Positions 35,104 through 38,345 of a stretch of 38,345 nucleotides of DNA are shown here, one piece after another. The stretch lies in the IMG/VR virus record IMGVR_UViG_3300031087_000514; one strand, written 5' to 3'. Under the pieces are notes generated by a model. That model saw only the letters and a program-made list of their open reading frames with translations, was not told the origin of the DNA and did not search any database. Within the stretch, counting starts at the first letter, position 1. Every line of letters starts with the position of its first letter. The stretch comes from a virus (Duplodnaviria; Heunggongvirae; Uroviricota; Caudoviricetes). The translations under genes and the position numbers were made by a program.

Positions 35104-35650
35104 ATGTTATTTTTGGCAGAGTATCATCTGATTGATATTTATCAATCAGATTGACTAAATATAGTAAATATGAAAGCTGTTGCCTAGTAACTAATACATA
35201 ATTGAAATAATATTCACTGCGTTCAGAAATGGATAGAGAATAAACTTTTTTCAACAATTTAGAGTCTAAATGGATGCCTTCTCCATAGAAAATAAGTTTA
35301 TTTTGTTCTTCCAGGGGTATGTGCCTATCTTGCTTATAGAAAACAAAAGGAGCACTACACTTTTCTATTTCAACTTCTAGGGTCCTGAGATTGTTTTTTT
35401 CTTCTTCAGATAATTCAAGTTCTCTTAGAATTGCTATTATTTTTTTGTAATGAATGGGTTCATTTAGGTGGAGTAATCCTCTCGTATCTAAAAGAAAACT
35501 TCTAAAAGCAGCAAAATCACTAATTCCATTTTTGCCGTTGGCGCTCATAGTTGTTACCCTTGGCTTGCTTACTATGATATTTTCGCAAGCTCTTTTCACG
35601 CAATCTTTGTACGTTTCTAATATGATTGCCTTCTTATCGCGTATGTCCAT
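35063..35650 (-). CDS. AT-rich hypothetical protein, paralog of 34504..35103
   Basis: FRSFLLDTR..NEPIHYKKII, FYGEGIHLD and LESY. Confidence 0.7.
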   Translation of the reverse strand: MDIRDKKAIILETYKDCVKRACENIIVSKPRVTTMSANGKNGISDFAAFRSFLLDTRGLLHLNEPIHYKKIIAILRELELSEEEKNNLRTLEVEIEKCSAPFVFYKQDRHIPLEEQNKLIFYGEGIHLDSKLLKKVYSLSISERSEYYFNYVLVTRQQLSYLLYLVNLIDKYQSDDTLPKITFEHYPLESYVSKK

Positions 35651-35657
35651 TCTAGTT

Positions 35658-36245
35658 TTATCTGCTCAATTTTGTAATTGCTAGTTTCTTATGCCATCCA
35701 GGAATCAAAAGTTTCATACGGGTATCCAGTTTCCCATTCCATTCAACTTCATATCCATACTCTTCTAAGAGCTCTTTGATTTGCTCTCCTGCTTTACGGT
35801 GGGAGATGCCAGGTGTAAAGCTTCCGTAGGAAAGGTAGACTGCTTCTTCTGTTCCTAAAAAGTATGCGTCGTGGCTATGGAAGAATACATAGCCATCATA
35901 TTCATCTTTGATAACTTTTCTATCTAAGAGTCTCGCTGCATCTTTTTGAGATGTTCCATAGTTGACATTAGCGAAAAGTTTATGTTTCGTTCGTAGCTCT
36001 GCGAACACTGTTTCTAATCTATCGTAGGGAGTAGCTCCCCATTTGTTCTGCTCATCTAAATGATTGTGATAAGCCTGATACAGGTAATGCTCCAATGAGC
36101 GTTCTTCCCGTTTTGTGAGAAGTTCGTTCAGACCATATTTTTCAAAAGCAAGTTCATTTAGTTGTTCATAGGTAACGAAACCAGCTTTCAGGTGCGCATC
36201 AATGAATGCTTTCGCTTCTTTGTAGGTTTCGCTTTTTCTAAACAT
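35658..36245 (-). CDS. DUF6891-like hypothetical protein
   Basis: EQ.KW....DRL..F.EL, GYVFFH.HD, YLSYG and G.EVEWNG...RM pattern (recalled family resemblance). GAGGA RBS. Confidence 0.62.
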   Translation of the reverse strand: MFRKSETYKEAKAFIDAHLKAGFVTYEQLNELAFEKYGLNELLTKREERSLEHYLYQAYHNHLDEQNKWGATPYDRLETVFAELRTKHKLFANVNYGTSQKDAARLLDRKVIKDEYDGYVFFHSHDAYFLGTEEAVYLSYGSFTPGISHRKAGEQIKELLEEYGYEVEWNGKLDTRMKLLIPGWHKKLAITKLSR

Positions 36246-36325
36246 ATATCCTCTATTGGCAAATCATCTGTAAACAGTATGTAACTAACCCATGTTATCA
36301 GAGTAAGGAGTGATAGGAATGAAAC

Positions 36326-37105
36326 ATGTCCGACATCCTCACTCTCAATCGTCCTTGCCAAGCTCAGGACCCCACCTCATGTCCTCATCATGGGGAGCAA
36401 GCTCGTTTACAGCAGCTTATGGACATCTCTGCAGAAACAAATGATCTTGATGCATATTTTACTGCTCGGAAAGAATATGAGAACGTTGTAGGTCGTATTC
36501 TTTTAGATGAGGAAGCAGACTTTGGAACGTATGAAGAGCTGTTCGCTGAACAGTTGGAAGAAAATCGTATCCAAACACAGAATATTTCTCAACAGCTGAT
36601 GCGTATGAATCAGACTGGGGACTACTCTGGAATGAACTGGAAACTGTTTGCAAAATGGGCAGTGCAGTATCGTTCACCTCAGTCCTACGGTTCACTTCTG
36701 GAACAACGATACATTCGTGAGAACGGATATCAAAGAGTTCCCTCGCGTGATGAACGTGGTGATTTCTTGAACTTGAAAACAAAAGAATACTCTGAGTTTA
36801 AAGTCACAGCTGCTGATGATGAAAACAATCGTAAAGTGAACTTCGTGCAGATTCGCCCTCACCATAAACTCCACAGCTACCATCTTGTCGTTGTGGATAA
36901 AACCACCGGAGATACTGAACTGTTCGTGCTCACGAAAAAGCAAATGCAATCTGAGTTGACAAAAGTTGGTGGGTTAGCTCATGGTACAAATGCTTCAAAC
37001 AATAATGAACAGAAAGAGTATGCAATTCGTTTCAGCGCATTGGATACTGATGCCACATTCAGCCGATGGAAAAAGTCATACGAGAAGCCTTTTCTGATAG
37101 ACTAA
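36326..37105 (+). CDS. PD-(D/E)xK restriction endonuclease-like protein with an N-terminal Cys/His extension
   Basis: SPQSYG.LLE.Y, RGD..SEFK, NFVQIRP.H and GGLAHGT..EY. N-terminal PCQAQDPTSCPHHG. Directly upstream of an MTase. Confidence 0.68.
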   Translation: MSDILTLNRPCQAQDPTSCPHHGEQARLQQLMDISAETNDLDAYFTARKEYENVVGRILLDEEADFGTYEELFAEQLEENRIQTQNISQQLMRMNQTGDYSGMNWKLFAKWAVQYRSPQSYGSLLEQRYIRENGYQRVPSRDERGDFLNLKTKEYSEFKVTAADDENNRKVNFVQIRPHHKLHSYHLVVVDKTTGDTELFVLTKKQMQSELTKVGGLAHGTNASNNNEQKEYAIRFSALDTDATFSRWKKSYEKPFLID

Positions 37106-37111
37106 ATTACT

Positions 37112-37882
37112 ATGCCTTATTCTTCTGCTTTGAACCCTCATCCTTATGAGAACCAAATTCTTTTTGGTGACTCTTTGAAGAAAATGAAACTTCTGCCTGA
37201 TGAGTCTGTTGACTTGATTTTAGCTGACCTTCCTTACGCTGTAAGTCGTAACCCATGGGATACGATCATTCCTGTTGAAGAAATGTGGGAAGAGTATGAG
37301 CGCATCATCAAGCCCAATGGTGCTATTGTGTTGACGGCAACCCAGCCGTTCTCTTCTCTTCTGGTAATGAGTAATCCAAAGCTGTTCAAATATGAATGGG
37401 TGTGGCAGAAGACCATTGGTTCAGGACAGCTGAATGCACACAAGCAGCCTTTACGTAATCATGAAACAGTGCTGGTCTTCTATAAGAAGCCACCACTGTA
37501 TAATCCTCAGATGACTGAGGGTAAGCCGTATCATGCGAAGCGTAAAGCAACGTTTGAAGGGCCTGGCTATAACGCTCAGCGTCCTTCTGAAACAAAGAAC
37601 GAAGGGACTCGTTTACCGAAGAGTGTTATTTTGGTACCGAATCCTCGCATCAAAGGTGGACATCCAACACAGAAACCGTTGGAACTGTTCCGTTACCTGA
37701 TTCGCACTTATACGAATCCTGGTGATTTGGTGTTAGATAATTGCATCGGCTCAGGAACAACCGCTGTGGCAGCTGTTGTTGAAGGGCGTAGGTACATCGG
37801 CATTGAGAATAACGAGGAGTACTATCAAATGGCATTAGACCGTGTAAAGAACGCTTGGTTGGAGTTAGACGATGAAAAATAA
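37112..37882 (+). CDS. Beta-class N4-C/N6-A DNA methyltransferase
   Basis: GDSL, VDLILADLPY, HETVLVF, HPTQKP and VLDNCIGSGTTAVAA..GRRYIGIE. Confidence 0.93.
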   Translation: MPYSSALNPHPYENQILFGDSLKKMKLLPDESVDLILADLPYAVSRNPWDTIIPVEEMWEEYERIIKPNGAIVLTATQPFSSLLVMSNPKLFKYEWVWQKTIGSGQLNAHKQPLRNHETVLVFYKKPPLYNPQMTEGKPYHAKRKATFEGPGYNAQRPSETKNEGTRLPKSVILVPNPRIKGGHPTQKPLELFRYLIRTYTNPGDLVLDNCIGSGTTAVAAVVEGRRYIGIENNEEYYQMALDRVKNAWLELDDEK

Positions 37883-38345
37883 GATTGTTTTTGTAGTAGC
37901 ATCTTCTGTAATTGCTGGACTGCTGTTGACAGGATGTTCAGACAACGGAACTCCGAAACCTACTCCATCAGCTTCTGCTGTTACATACCCTGAGCCAACT
38001 CAGATTGTTGAAGTCAAAATCCCAGCAGGGTTGACAAATGATACTGATTGGGTCACTCCAAAGAACATCCCGTTCAACTTTGAAAACCAAATCGGGGAGG
38101 GAGCGTATGAGCTGACTTCTCCTACTCTTCGTGAGCCAGCGTTGAACGTTTGGTCTGCTGAGTTAAAGAAGAAAGGCTGGGCTGTGGAACGTAAGAAAGA
38201 TGATGAAGCAACGAACCAGTATCATTTCATTGCTATCAAAGGAAACAAACTTATCCGTGTTGATGGTTCAGGTGGGATGAAAGCTGCATCTTCTCATGAT
38301 GAGGCAACACCTTCACAGACAAATGTTCGTATAAGTGGCTTTTAA
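37872..38345 (+). CDS. Putative lipoprotein
   Basis: MKNK, hydrophobic core, lipobox LTGC and a Pro/Thr linker. Ends at TAA 38343-38345. Confidence 0.78.
   Translation: MKNKIVFVVASSVIAGLLLTGCSDNGTPKPTPSASAVTYPEPTQIVEVKIPAGLTNDTDWVTPKNIPFNFENQIGEGAYELTSPTLREPALNVWSAELKKKGWAVERKKDDEATNQYHFIAIKGNKLIRVDGSGGMKAASSHDEATPSQTNVRISGF

Noticed and set aside
1-38345. Stop-codon reassignment, tRNA/rRNA genes or CRISPR array
   Set aside because: Recognisable proteins are full length under code 11 with TAA, TGA and TAG all used as stops. Intergenic gaps are short and I saw no cloverleaf or repeat-spacer pattern; a tRNAscan/Infernal run would be the definitive test.

Overview
Gene-dense window (standard code, mid-40s % GC by eye) that looks like a large extrachromosomal element of Actinobacteria, either a jumbo phage or a megaplasmid. 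No capsid, tail, conjugation, rRNA, tRNA or CRISPR signature is visible, so the lifestyle cannot be fixed from this window. Host-like genes are mixed with short hypotheticals. They include a GyrA/ParC-family topoisomerase subunit (5' truncated), DnaG primase, a DivIVA-domain protein, the clpP1-clpP2 pair, a Pth2-type peptidyl-tRNA hydrolase, GatB/YqeY, an SRPBCC protein and a TerD-family protein. The DNA-modification and nuclease load is heavy: an HpaII-like REase plus 5mC MTase, a second PD-(D/E)xK nuclease plus amino-MTase, an orphan Mod-like MTase with a broken DPPY motif, a GIY-YIG-like/2xRAMA protein and two NERD nucleases. There is also an R-S-E ADP-ribosyltransferase next to a catalytically degenerate stand-alone Hint domain. 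The best candidate for an undescribed system is a 1334-aa KTSC/Zn-knuckle/2xSWIM/amidoligase fusion transcribed divergently from a gamma-glutamylcyclotransferase; its N-terminal CQA..CPxH motif recurs on a restriction-like nuclease. Intergenic DNA shows long perfect terminator hairpins, sigmaA-like (often leaderless) promoters and a second recurring CCGAT(A/T) upstream motif. All family assignments come from motif recognition by eye, not database searches.
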